64,000 bases of DNA from an uncultured Verrucomicrobiota bacterium (GTDB lineage Bacteria > Verrucomicrobiota > Verrucomicrobiia > Limisphaerales > UBA9464). The translations under genes were made by a program, and so were the position numbers. Shown here piece by piece: positions 35,083 through 44,174 of the stretch. The notes below the pieces were generated by a model. That model did no database searches. It was not told where the DNA came from and worked only from the letters and a program-made list of their open reading frames with translations. Position 1 is the first letter of the stretch. The number at the start of each line of letters is the position of its first letter. The stretch spans positions 67,528-131,527 of the forward strand of contig CAZRRO010000017.1 in assembly GCA_964602595.1 (NCBI GenBank), in the 5' to 3' direction.

Positions 35083-36453
35083 TTAGGAATCATGCACATT
35101 ATCGCTAGTCGTCCCGTTCGAATGAAGGACCACAGGCAACGGGGTGACACTGGCCAAGCGGTCGAAGAAGCCGCGGGCAGATGTGATCGGGGCCGGTTCA
35201 TACTCCGGACCGACAGTTTCGAGCAGTTGAGTCAGGGCCAGTTGGTGCTGCAAATCCTGGTCGGCGCCGAGGGGAATCCGTTCGATGAGCTGTGGCCACT
35301 GCGGGCGCGGCGGGACAGGGCGATAACCGGAGCACCACTTCAGGGACAGTCCTCGCTGAAAGACATCCAGGTGGCTGACCAGCAAACCGGACAGATCGCC
35401 GACTGCCTCGATCGCATACCGCAACAAGACAGCGTCCGGATGGCCCCGGCGGAACCACCCCTGCCAACCTCCGTCACGGTTGTGCGGTTCGGGAAGAAGT
35501 TCACTGAGTGATTCATCATGCGTCGGCAACGGCCCAGCTCCGTGGCGGGTGAGATACGTGCGCAGGACGCCGTAGTGTTCGATCGGAGCGAATATCCCGA
35601 ACCGTGCGGCCACCCTGTTCACGGCCGCGGAGCCGATGGAACTCCAGGTCGTATGCGGATGGAATCCGCGCCATTCATCGAGAAGCACGCCTTGAGCTCC
35701 CTCGAACAGGACACAGCCCTCCTGCCGCAACTGCCTGCGGACAATTTCGGGTGATCCCGGAGGGCATTGGCGGGCGAGAGCCCGAGTGCAAGCCAGCCAT
35801 CTCGCTGCCAGCGTCTCGTCCTGCAAGATCTGAAGTTCTCCGCTTGCGGCATCGCTGCCCCCGTTCGGGAATTGCGGCACGAACTCGGACAGCAGCGTCT
35901 CTCGGATGGCCTGCAAGCGATCGAGCTGTTGGCGTGCAGCCGAGGCGGTGGTTGTCAACAGATCAACGTAACGCAGATCCCGCCCCGGATGTTCGAGGCT
36001 GTGGCGGACCGTCTCACCCACGCCGACGCCGCAGGTCCCATGGGCGGCCAAGCCGCGCAGTAGTTCGCGCAACCGACCGGCGGCCTGATGAAACGGCGTG
36101 GTGACGCGGCATTGGCCGTCGATGGTCAGGCGCGCCAGCGCGTCCTGGACCCCGATCCGCGCGAGCGCCTCGGCCTCCATCAGCAGGGCGGTCGGATGCA
36201 CGATCATGGGATCGACCAGCAGGGTGCGCACCCTTGGCACCAAAGTGCCGGCCCCGAACTGCGAAAACGTGTGGTGCCGGGCCGAGCGACCGTTCTGGGC
36301 GGGTTCGTTTACGTTGTGGCCGGCCTGGGCGCCGCCGTTGAAGCGCACGACCGTGTGGGCCTGCCAACGCCGCGTCAGCGCATCGACAAAATGCCCTTTG
36401 CCGCAGTCGCCAAATCCCAACCCCAGCACGGAGGCGTAGCGCGTCGTGCTCAT
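35083..36453 (-). CDS. Divergent adenylosuccinate-synthetase-family (PurA-like) enzyme
   Basis: The PurA scaffold is recognisable but the motifs are altered: GDCGKGH (canonical GDEGKGK), GGAQAGHN (GGHNAGHT), GTCGVGVGET (GTTGRGIGPA), FEGAQGVLLD (conserved), YLTRHGAGPLPT (YSTRVGAGPFPT). Confidence 0.82.
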   Translation of the reverse strand: MSTTRYASVLGLGFGDCGKGHFVDALTRRWQAHTVVRFNGGAQAGHNVNEPAQNGRSARHHTFSQFGAGTLVPRVRTLLVDPMIVHPTALLMEAEALARIGVQDALARLTIDGQCRVTTPFHQAAGRLRELLRGLAAHGTCGVGVGETVRHSLEHPGRDLRYVDLLTTTASAARQQLDRLQAIRETLLSEFVPQFPNGGSDAASGELQILQDETLAARWLACTRALARQCPPGSPEIVRRQLRQEGCVLFEGAQGVLLDEWRGFHPHTTWSSIGSAAVNRVAARFGIFAPIEHYGVLRTYLTRHGAGPLPTHDESLSELLPEPHNRDGGWQGWFRRGHPDAVLLRYAIEAVGDLSGLLVSHLDVFQRGLSLKWCSGYRPVPPRPQWPQLIERIPLGADQDLQHQLALTQLLETVGPEYEPAPITSARGFFDRLASVTPLPVVLHSNGTTSDNVHDS

Positions 36454-36465
36454 GCGGCCGGGTGC

Positions 36466-37431
36466 TTACTCAAACAACCGCTTCCACCATTTGGCTGCGG
36501 ATGTTCCCGTGGAATACGACGACCGGGCATCCGGCAACTTTAGCAGCGCCGCATAATCCTGCAGCGCGCGGACGGTGGAACCGACGTGCTGGCGGTCAAA
36601 GGCGTTCGCCGAAAGGATGCGGCCCAAGGCGTCGAGGTCCGGAACGAGCTTCTCGGTCAACCCAACGATCGCGGCCGCGACGGCGCAGGTGTCCATCGGC
36701 GATTCCATGCAGATGGTGTGATTGCCCAGCAGCTGCCGCCAGCGCGCCTCGCATCCTTTGCGTCGGCCCAAATCCGGGATGAGAAAGAAGACGTGAAAGG
36801 TTTCCGCGGCCGTGGCGATGACCTCTTCCAAGGGAATGTCCTCGTCGAGCTTCTCGCCCACAAGAGCCTCGATGTGGTGCCGCGAGACCGACGGATAGGG
36901 CCGTTCGTCACCGGTCAGGAAAAGGTAGCCCTTCTGCTTCCGCTTCACCCAGTTGTCCATGTCGGTGTGCTGCGCGGCCATGTAGAACGCCAGATCGTAG
37001 CTTTCCTCGCCGGTTCCGCCGCCGCCGCCCTCGAGGTAACTCCACGTCAGCCATTGATCCATGAGCTCCGCCGTGCTCTCGAACTGGCCAACCTGCAGGG
37101 CGGCCTGGTCCGAATTCGCGTCTCCGATCGCCATGAACATCAGCTGCGGGTGGGCCACACCGCACGCCGTGAGCAGCTTCATGAAGTTCGGCAGTTCCTT
37201 CGTGGCCAGCAGATGCGGGATGTCGCCCATCGAGCCGGTGACATCCAGGGCGAAGGCGATGCCCAAGGAATCCGGATGGTCCGCGCTGTCCCGGCACTCC
37301 CGCACCTTGAGGCCCTTGGGATTCATCAGCGGATGGCACTGCCGCTGGGCGAAGATCTCCGAGCCGCCCTTGTGGGCGCGACCGGCGGTGAGCGCGGCAT
37401 GGGCCGCATGGGAGTAGTTTCCGTAACCCAT
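36466..37431 (-). CDS. vWA-domain protein with MIDAS motif
   Basis: FALDVTGSMGDIP (DxTxS MIDAS), AIGDANSD and LFLTGDERP are downstream vWA elements. Its stop is 12 nt from the start of the PurA-like gene. Confidence 0.8.
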   Translation of the reverse strand: MGYGNYSHAAHAALTAGRAHKGGSEIFAQRQCHPLMNPKGLKVRECRDSADHPDSLGIAFALDVTGSMGDIPHLLATKELPNFMKLLTACGVAHPQLMFMAIGDANSDQAALQVGQFESTAELMDQWLTWSYLEGGGGGTGEESYDLAFYMAAQHTDMDNWVKRKQKGYLFLTGDERPYPSVSRHHIEALVGEKLDEDIPLEEVIATAAETFHVFFLIPDLGRRKGCEARWRQLLGNHTICMESPMDTCAVAAAIVGLTEKLVPDLDALGRILSANAFDRQHVGSTVRALQDYAALLKLPDARSSYSTGTSAAKWWKRLFE

Positions 37432-37468
37432 AAATTTGGTTTTGGTTCAGTGCTTCAAAACTGCCGAG

Positions 37469-38410
37469 TCAGACATTCAAGGGAACAAACGCAGGCGGCC
37501 CGAACGCCGCCTTCGCTTCGGCCCGCAGCAGGGCATCCAACCCTTCCGCGCATTGGGTGCGGCAAAAGTCCTCGTCGGTCGCCGCCTGGGTGATCAGTCG
37601 GGCCAGGCCAGCCGGCACTTGGGCCGGCAGCGCGCCCCAACCGCCGGCTCCGCACAACAAAACCTGAACCACGCGAGCGCTCCGGCAAAGGTCCGCGCCC
37701 CGGCCGGCTTCTCCGGCGCCCTTCCTCGCGTCAGACCAGCCGATGAGCCGAACGCCATGATCGGCTGGGTGAACCAGGGCATGCTCAGGCCGGATGTCGC
37801 CGTGGCACCAACCCTGACGATGGACGAAATTCAACACCTCCAGCATCCGCCTCCAGATCCAAACCCCGTGGCGTGGATCAAGACCGGAGGCCGCGCGTTC
37901 GTTCAGCGCCGCGAGGCTGCCCCAGAATCCGCTGGGATGCCGCAGCACCAGACACTGCCGCCCGGGACTTCCTTCCACCGCGCCCTGCGCCATCACTTCC
38001 GGCAGAAGCTTCGAGAAGTAGGCACCGGCGCCATCGGCGTCCAACCGTTGCAAATCCCGCGACACTTCCGCCTCGCGCGCATAGAGCGATGCCGCCTCGG
38101 ACCTCGAGGAAAGTTTGACCGTGGCCAGCAGGGGCAATGGCCCCACGCGACGCGCGAGGTAGACCTCCGAGACGTCCCCCGCGCCCAGGCGCTGGATCAA
38201 CTGGAACGCACCGCCGCCGCAGACCACCGAGTCCAGGCCGGCCGAATCGCGGCGCGCCCGAACCAAGGCCTGCCGAAACGAATCGCGCTTCACCAAGTCT
38301 TCCGTCTTGTTTATGAGCGAACCGCAGGAACCGCATTTGACGGCCCGCCAAAGGGCCACCCGCGGCAGAGGCGCGCCACACTGAGGACAGCTCACGGCGA
38401 CCCACGCCAT
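37469..38410 (-). CDS. Zn-ribbon fused atypical protein kinase-like protein
   Basis: N-terminal CPQC...CGSC ribbon, glycine loop LGAGDVSEVY, Lys in ATVKL, catalytic-loop-like HGDIRPEH, and IGWSDA in the DFG position. ATG 38410 is preferred (the track uses GTG 38416). Confidence 0.72.
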   Translation of the reverse strand: MAWVAVSCPQCGAPLPRVALWRAVKCGSCGSLINKTEDLVKRDSFRQALVRARRDSAGLDSVVCGGGAFQLIQRLGAGDVSEVYLARRVGPLPLLATVKLSSRSEAASLYAREAEVSRDLQRLDADGAGAYFSKLLPEVMAQGAVEGSPGRQCLVLRHPSGFWGSLAALNERAASGLDPRHGVWIWRRMLEVLNFVHRQGWCHGDIRPEHALVHPADHGVRLIGWSDARKGAGEAGRGADLCRSARVVQVLLCGAGGWGALPAQVPAGLARLITQAATDEDFCRTQCAEGLDALLRAEAKAAFGPPAFVPLNV

Positions 38411-38831
38411 TACCACCGCCCTCCAGCGGACAAGTGAACTTCGACGTAAGGCGACGTCATGGGCTGATTCATTTTGAGCGGCTGAGGCTCACGATGGCCG
38501 ACGGCCGCCCGGACGCGCAACTCCGTTCGCTGCCGGGCACTCGGTCGGGCTGGGGTTGGCGCCACCGTGCCGGAAAATGGAGAGATTTATTTCCATCAGC
38601 GATCAACCGCGGCACATCATGCCGGAATCAACATCCCATTTGCCTCCTTGTTGCCGGGGCGTTCGTGGAGTCGGCTTTCGACCAGGGCGCGGCGAATCCT
38701 CAAGGGATGTTCCGGCGCTCGGGGCAACTGGGTGCATTCGCGTTCTCGACGACTGAATGGAAAGGATGGCGGGTTGATCATTGGCACGTTTACGGCGCCC
38801 ACGGTCGTCCACGCCCATCGGTCCAGGCGGC

Positions 38832-38990
38832 TCAGACGATCCGGCCGTCGGCGAGTTCGATGACTCGGGCGGCGCCCCGGGGTCCGTGGGTGCAGTCACT
38901 CAGGGTTGTCCCGCGCTCGGCACGCAGGTTAAGCAGCACCGAGCCGCAACTCCAACGAGGTCGACGGCGGTTCGACCGCCGTCCCTCCGA
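38832..38990 (-). pseudogene. Frameshifted, 5'-truncated remnant of an ABC-transporter ATPase (LolD/MacB-like C-terminus)
   Basis: Minus-strand translation gives ...VLLNLRAERGTTLSDCTHGPRGAARVIELADGRIV*, which resembles the canonical ...L.ElnrerGtTlvlVTHD...A....rvi.l.DGriv. The upstream part is in another frame (EPPSTSLE...). Confidence 0.45.
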
Positions 38991-39005
38991 CCATTGTGGC
39001 CTGAT

Positions 39006-40646
39006 TTAGGGCGTGCGGGGCAACCGCAGCAGCGCGGCCTCGCGATCATTGCGGGCCAGCAGCAGGTCGCCGCTCAGGGCGATGGGATTCCACGTCTTGT
39101 CGCCGAATACGCGAAACCGACCGAGTTCGTTGGGACCGTCGGGCGTGGGTTGCAGGAGCAGCAGTTCGCCGGTCTCGGCCATCAGCACGAACCGGTCGCC
39201 GACGAGCAGGCCCTGCCCGTGGCCGTGCCGGCCTTCCTTCCACCGCTGGGTGCCATCCTTCAGGTCGAGACAGGTCAGAATGCCATCATCAAGTCCGTAG
39301 ACGAAGCCGTCGCGGACGTAGGGATTGGCGAACTTCGCCTTCAACCGCTTCGATTCCCAGGCGGCCTTGACCGTGAACGCGCCCTCCGCGCTCCGCTGGA
39401 AGTCGAGGAGCGCCGCGCCGACATTGTAGCCGGCGGTGACCAGCAGGCGGTTCGTCCCGACGGCCTGCGGCATCGCGACCATCGGGTAGTGGGAACCCCA
39501 CGGGTGCCGCCAGAGCACGCGGCCGGTGACGGGATCGTGGCCCGTGAGGCAGCGGTGATTGAACAGGACGATCTGGCGTGTGCCCGCGAGGGTGAACAGG
39601 CTGGGCGAACCGTAAGTCACGCCGTCGTCGCCCGCGGACCAGGCCGGTTCGCCCGACTCGGCGCGATAGGCCAGCAGGGACTTGCCCGCCGGACCGCCGG
39701 CATTGATCACCACGAGGCCGTCCACGACCAGCGGCGAACCGCTGAAACCCCATTCCGGCACGCGCGTCGCCGCGTCGTTCGTGAGCGACCGCGACCAGAC
39801 GGGTTTGCCGGTTTCCAGTTCCAGGCACCAAAGCTGTCCGAGCGAACCCAGCGTGAAAACGTGGTTACCGGCGACGGTCGGTGTCGCGCGCGGCCCGTCG
39901 CCGGCGATAGGGCTGACGTAACGCGCCGGATAACCATGCCGCCACAGCGGTTCGCCGGTGGTGACGGCGTAGCAGGTCACGAGTTCCTGTTCGTCCACCT
40001 GTTCCTGTGTCAGTGCGCGTCCGCCGACGATGGCGAAGCCGCTCCAACCCGTTCCCACCGGCCTGCGCCACAGCACGACCGGCGGCGTGGCGGTCCAATT
40101 GGTGGACAAATTGGCCGACGGCAGGATTCCCGTGCGGTCGGGGCCAAGGAACTGCGGGAAGTCGGGCCGGGCTTCGGCGGACGGAGCCGGGGGAACCGGC
40201 GCACTGGGGACGGGCTCAGCACGAGGCGACGGGCGGGCCCACCGGGGTTCGAATGTGGGCATGAGGTCCCCGCTCATGCCGGCGTGACGGAAGCAGGCGA
40301 AGAACAGACCAACGCCGGCGAGCGCAGCGACACGCCAGCACCACCGCGCCCGGGACAGCAGCAGCCACCAGAGCAGGAGCAAGCCGACCGTGACCATGCC
40401 CACGACGGCGGAGAACAGGTCCACGGTGAGGTGGGGTTTGTCGCGGAGCAACGCGGCCCGCATGGCGTCGGAACGGACGACGGCGAGACTGATCGCGGCG
40501 AGGATCAGGATCAGCGCCGCGGGCCACCAGCGCAGGCCGCGCCGCGGGGCGCCGGTCGGGGAAACGTCAGGTTCGGACACCCGGCGACTGTTGGGGTTGG
40601 GCGGCCGGCGGTCAAAGTCGGTTCCGCGCGGATTCCGTCTTGGCAA
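39006..40646 (-). CDS. Membrane-anchored PQQ-like beta-propeller repeat protein
   Basis: N-terminal hydrophobic helices, then repeated ...G.PLW/VW... blades (TGEPLWRH, TGKPVWSR, SGEPAWSA, TGRVLWRH, DGTQRWKE). The plus-strand ORF 38781..41138 is its shadow. Confidence 0.8.
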   Translation of the reverse strand: MPRRNPRGTDFDRRPPNPNSRRVSEPDVSPTGAPRRGLRWWPAALILILAAISLAVVRSDAMRAALLRDKPHLTVDLFSAVVGMVTVGLLLLWWLLLSRARWCWRVAALAGVGLFFACFRHAGMSGDLMPTFEPRWARPSPRAEPVPSAPVPPAPSAEARPDFPQFLGPDRTGILPSANLSTNWTATPPVVLWRRPVGTGWSGFAIVGGRALTQEQVDEQELVTCYAVTTGEPLWRHGYPARYVSPIAGDGPRATPTVAGNHVFTLGSLGQLWCLELETGKPVWSRSLTNDAATRVPEWGFSGSPLVVDGLVVINAGGPAGKSLLAYRAESGEPAWSAGDDGVTYGSPSLFTLAGTRQIVLFNHRCLTGHDPVTGRVLWRHPWGSHYPMVAMPQAVGTNRLLVTAGYNVGAALLDFQRSAEGAFTVKAAWESKRLKAKFANPYVRDGFVYGLDDGILTCLDLKDGTQRWKEGRHGHGQGLLVGDRFVLMAETGELLLLQPTPDGPNELGRFRVFGDKTWNPIALSGDLLLARNDREAALLRLPRTP

Positions 40647-40661
40647 ACCTTTGCGACCAAT

Positions 40662-41516
40662 TCAACCCCGCGAACCGGCGGCCAACGACCACCGCTCGCC
40701 GGCGCGCAGAACCGCACATGGCTGGTTCAGCAGATGGCAGGTTTCGACGAACTCGGCCGGCGATGCTGTGTTGAATTCGAACATCTCGTAGTGGCACGGG
40801 ACCACGCAGCGCGCGCCCATGGCGGCGGCCAGTTGCGCGGCTTCGCGGCCCCACAGATTCCCGGCGACGCGGCGTTCCGGCGCTCGGCCGTTGATCGGCA
40901 GCAGCGCGACGTCCACGCGGAAGGGCTTGAGCAGGTCCGCCATGCCGGGAAACGGAATCGTATCGCCCGAGTGGTAAAGGGTCCACGGTCCCACGCGGAC
41001 AACGAAGCCCAGGTAAATCGGCCGGCCGTCCTTGTCGGTGTCCAAGGCCTCGTGGGCGGCAGGAATGGCGTGGATTTCCCACGGGCCGATTGGGGCGCTC
41101 TGCCCGGTCACGAACCCGACGATTCGTTCATCGGGTAGGCCGGAGCGTTCGCCCACCGTCGTCCGATTGGCCTCGGGGCAGACCATGACCAGGCCGGGAT
41201 TCGCCGCTGCGAGCGGCTTCAGCGTCTCCGCGTCGAGGTGATCGGTGTGGTTGTGCGACGATGTGACGACTTCCACGAAGTCCAGACGCTCCGGCGCAAT
41301 GACCAAGTCGGTCATCCGCACGTGGGGCTTGTCGGTCTGCGCGTATTTCCGCGTCAGCGAATCCGACAGATACGGGTCGAAGAGCAGATGCCGTCCCTGC
41401 CATTGAACCAGGAAGCCGGATTGGCCCAGCCACCAGATGTTCAGATTGTCCGGCGACTGACGGGCGGCGGCGACATTGGCGAGGAACGCGTCAGATTGGA
41501 GGGCGGGTTGGATCAT
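40662..41516 (-). CDS. MBL-fold metallo-hydrolase
   Basis: WWLGQSGFLV...LLFDPYL...VVTSSHNHTDHLD (HxHxDH-type motif) ...HSGDT. Confidence 0.85.
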   Translation of the reverse strand: MIQPALQSDAFLANVAAARQSPDNLNIWWLGQSGFLVQWQGRHLLFDPYLSDSLTRKYAQTDKPHVRMTDLVIAPERLDFVEVVTSSHNHTDHLDAETLKPLAAANPGLVMVCPEANRTTVGERSGLPDERIVGFVTGQSAPIGPWEIHAIPAAHEALDTDKDGRPIYLGFVVRVGPWTLYHSGDTIPFPGMADLLKPFRVDVALLPINGRAPERRVAGNLWGREAAQLAAAMGARCVVPCHYEMFEFNTASPAEFVETCHLLNQPCAVLRAGERWSLAAGSRG

Positions 41517-41863
41517 CGGGTTTCGTCAGGAAGAGACCAATTCGCGAAGAATTTCACATAGAGGCGATTTGAACTCCACTCCACGTGCTCCACGAGCTGA
41601 ACCATATCAACGGAACCGGTCCTCAATAGCTCGCCGTTTTGATTTTCGACTAGGTGGAGGAATCCCGGCGCGTCATTTCCCTGACCGGGAAACGCCCACA
41701 CGAGTGAACGCCTCAGCAGTCTCAACGTGAATTTCCCGTTGGGGCTCACGAAGTCCTGCCTGGGAGATACCCCTATCCTCCCAGTCGTCCACAACAAGCC
41801 CAGCGTCACAACGGAGGGAAGTCCCATTGTGAGGACAAGCGCCGATCGTAGCCCGAGCTTCAT
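41513..41863 (-). CDS. Small secreted/anchored hypothetical protein
   Basis: From ATG 41863 (MKLGLRSALVLTMGLPSVVTLGLLW...). The start overlaps the upstream stop (ATGA 41860-41863), and the segment is more AT-rich than its flanks. Confidence 0.5.
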   Translation of the reverse strand: MKLGLRSALVLTMGLPSVVTLGLLWTTGRIGVSPRQDFVSPNGKFTLRLLRRSLVWAFPGQGNDAPGFLHLVENQNGELLRTGSVDMVQLVEHVEWSSNRLYVKFFANWSLPDETR

Positions 41864-42948
41864 GCCACATCGCAGCCCAATTTGCTCCTTACCATCGCCA
41901 CGCCGTCGCACATCGCCTTGAGCTTCCGTTTCGCGGCCCAGCGGGCGGTCTGGCTCAGGCCGCAATCAGGGGCGAACACCAGCCGGTCGGCCGGCGCGAA
42001 TTCGAGGCAGCGCTTCACGCGGCGGGCGATATCCTCGGGCGTTTCCACGTAGTAGCTTTTAACGTCCACGATCCCGACGGCGACGTCGCAGCGCTGCGCA
42101 ATCTGGGCGATCAGCTCCAGTTCGGCGAACTCACGGCTGGCCATCTCCACGTGCATCTCGTCGCACCTAAAGTCGAGGAACGCCGGGAACATCGGCGCGA
42201 TCTGCCGCGGGCCGACGGCGCGGGCCTTGTAATTGCCGAAGCACAGGTGCGTGCAGACGCGGGTCTTGCCCGTGACGGTTTCGACGGTGCGGTTGAACAG
42301 GTCCACGAAACGGCGGGTGTCTTCCTTGTAGGCGTAACAGCTCATGCTGGGCTCATCCACGCTCAGCTCGGTGCAGCCGGCGGCGACGAGGTCCTCGAGT
42401 TCCTTCCGCACGAGCGGCAGCAGCGCTTCGGTCAGTGCCCAGCGATCGGCGTAACCAAGCTCCGCATTGGGCAGCAGGCGGCCGGAAAGCGTGTAGGGAC
42501 CGGGGACGGACGCTTTCAGCGTTGGGGAGGACGAATGCCTCATGACCAATGGCCGGGCGACGCGCTGGAGGCGCTTGAATTCCTCGACGGCGCCGAGGCC
42601 ACGCGGGGCGGTGAGCGGGGCAACGACCTTGTGTTTGCCGCGTTGATCGTGCGCCGGCGGACCGAAGCGCCGGGGCGGCGACGATTCGAGATCAATGCCC
42701 TGGATGTAGCCGTAGAACGACAGGTTGAAATCGAGCCGGGTCTGTTCGCCGTCCGTGATGACGTCGAGGCAGGCGGCGAGCTGGTCGTGCACGGCGGCGA
42801 TGACGGCGTCTTCCTGCACTTCGGCGAGATCGTCCGGGCCGAAGCGGTCGAGCTGGGTGGCGGCGAGTTCCAGCCAGCCGGGAAACGGATAGCTGCCGAT
42901 GACGGAGGTGCGCAGCGGACAGGAGTTCATCGGCGGCGAAATTGCCAT
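41860..42948 (-). CDS. Cobalamin-independent methionine synthase (MetE C-terminal-domain) family protein
   Basis: LRTSVIGSYPFPGWL...DVITDGEQTRLDF...THLCFGNY...EMHVEMA... is typical of short MetE-like methyltransferases. ATG 42948 is preferred. Confidence 0.78.
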   Translation of the reverse strand: MAISPPMNSCPLRTSVIGSYPFPGWLELAATQLDRFGPDDLAEVQEDAVIAAVHDQLAACLDVITDGEQTRLDFNLSFYGYIQGIDLESSPPRRFGPPAHDQRGKHKVVAPLTAPRGLGAVEEFKRLQRVARPLVMRHSSSPTLKASVPGPYTLSGRLLPNAELGYADRWALTEALLPLVRKELEDLVAAGCTELSVDEPSMSCYAYKEDTRRFVDLFNRTVETVTGKTRVCTHLCFGNYKARAVGPRQIAPMFPAFLDFRCDEMHVEMASREFAELELIAQIAQRCDVAVGIVDVKSYYVETPEDIARRVKRCLEFAPADRLVFAPDCGLSQTARWAAKRKLKAMCDGVAMVRSKLGCDVA

Positions 42949-43135
42949 GGCGGCGGTGCCGAGACGAACAGGAAGTTGCCGCCTGGGGGATTTCCGGCAT
43001 GCGATCCGGCGAACTAATTCCACTTGTCCCGCGTTCCATCTCCGGCATCCCGCCCGGTGCGATTGCCGGAATCCAGTTTGAAACATTCGCCGCGGTCCGG
43101 TGTCCTACCACGCCAGCAGCCCATCAAATCCCGTC

Positions 43136-44146
43136 ATGTCCGCCCCCGCCGCCCCCATCACCGTCGAAGCCGTGCAACGCCTCGCCACCCAGCGCCAGGT
43201 CTTGCTCACGGAACTCGCCAAGGCCGTCGTCGGCCAGCAGGACGTCATCGAGAATGTCCTGCTCACCGTCTTCTGCGGCGGCCATGGGCTGATTGAAGGC
43301 GTCCCAGGGCTGGCGAAGACGCTGCTCATCCGGTCGCTGGGCCGGGTGTTGGACCTGCGTTTCAGCCGCGTGCAGTTCACGCCAGACCTGATGCCCAGCG
43401 ACATCACCGGCACCGATGTGCTGGAGGAAGACCACGAAACGGGCCGCCGCAAGCAGGTGTTCCTGCCCGGACCGGTGTTCGCCAACCTGATCCTCGCCGA
43501 CGAAATCAACCGCACCCCGCCAAAAACGCAGGCCGCGATGCTCCAGGTCATGCAGGAACGCGAGGTGACGGTCGGCAACAAGACCTATCCCCTGCCCCAA
43601 CCGTTCCACGTCTTCGCCACGCAGAACCCGCTGGAACAGGAAGGCACCTACGTCCTGCCGGAGGCACAGGCGGACCGGTTCATGTTCCACATCCGCACCA
43701 CCTATCCGACCCGGGCCGAGGAGGAACTGGTTGTGCGCTCGACCACCGGCAATCAGGCCGCCGACCTGAAGCCGGTGGTAACGGCGGACGAGATTGTCGA
43801 AATCCAGAAGCTGGTCCGCGCCATGCCGGTCAGCGATGAGGTGATCCGCTACGCCGTGCGGCTGGTCGCTTCGACCCGGCCGGAGGAATCCATCGCGCCG
43901 GCCTACGTGAAGGAATTCATCCGCTGGGGCGCCAGTCCCCGGGCCTCGCAATACCTGATCCTCGGCGCCAAGGCCCGCGCCGCGGTGGCCGGCAAGCTGT
44001 GCGCGGACTACGAAGGCGTCCGCTCGGTCGCTCGGCAGGTGCTCCGCCACCGACTGCTGGCCAACTTCAACGCCCGCGCCCAGAAGGTTAGTGTGAACGA
44101 CCTGATTGAGCGACTGCTCAAGGACGTGCCGGTGGACGGGAAGTAG
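43136..44146 (+). CDS. MoxR-family AAA+ ATPase
   Basis: GHGLIEGVPGLAKTLLIRSLGRVLDLRFSRVQFTPDLMPSDITG...ILADEINRTPPKTQAAMLQVMQE. The start is either GTG 43100 or ATG 43136. Confidence 0.92.
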   Translation: MSAPAAPITVEAVQRLATQRQVLLTELAKAVVGQQDVIENVLLTVFCGGHGLIEGVPGLAKTLLIRSLGRVLDLRFSRVQFTPDLMPSDITGTDVLEEDHETGRRKQVFLPGPVFANLILADEINRTPPKTQAAMLQVMQEREVTVGNKTYPLPQPFHVFATQNPLEQEGTYVLPEAQADRFMFHIRTTYPTRAEEELVVRSTTGNQAADLKPVVTADEIVEIQKLVRAMPVSDEVIRYAVRLVASTRPEESIAPAYVKEFIRWGASPRASQYLILGAKARAAVAGKLCADYEGVRSVARQVLRHRLLANFNARAQKVSVNDLIERLLKDVPVDGK

Positions 44147-44174
44147 CCACGCGCAATTTCGGTCAATAATCCCT

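Noticed and set aside
38781-41138. 785-aa plus-strand ORF
   Set aside because: It is antisense to two genes with clear domain signatures (PQQ-like propeller, MBL hydrolase). The product is an Arg/Gly/Ala/Pro-rich low-complexity sequence.
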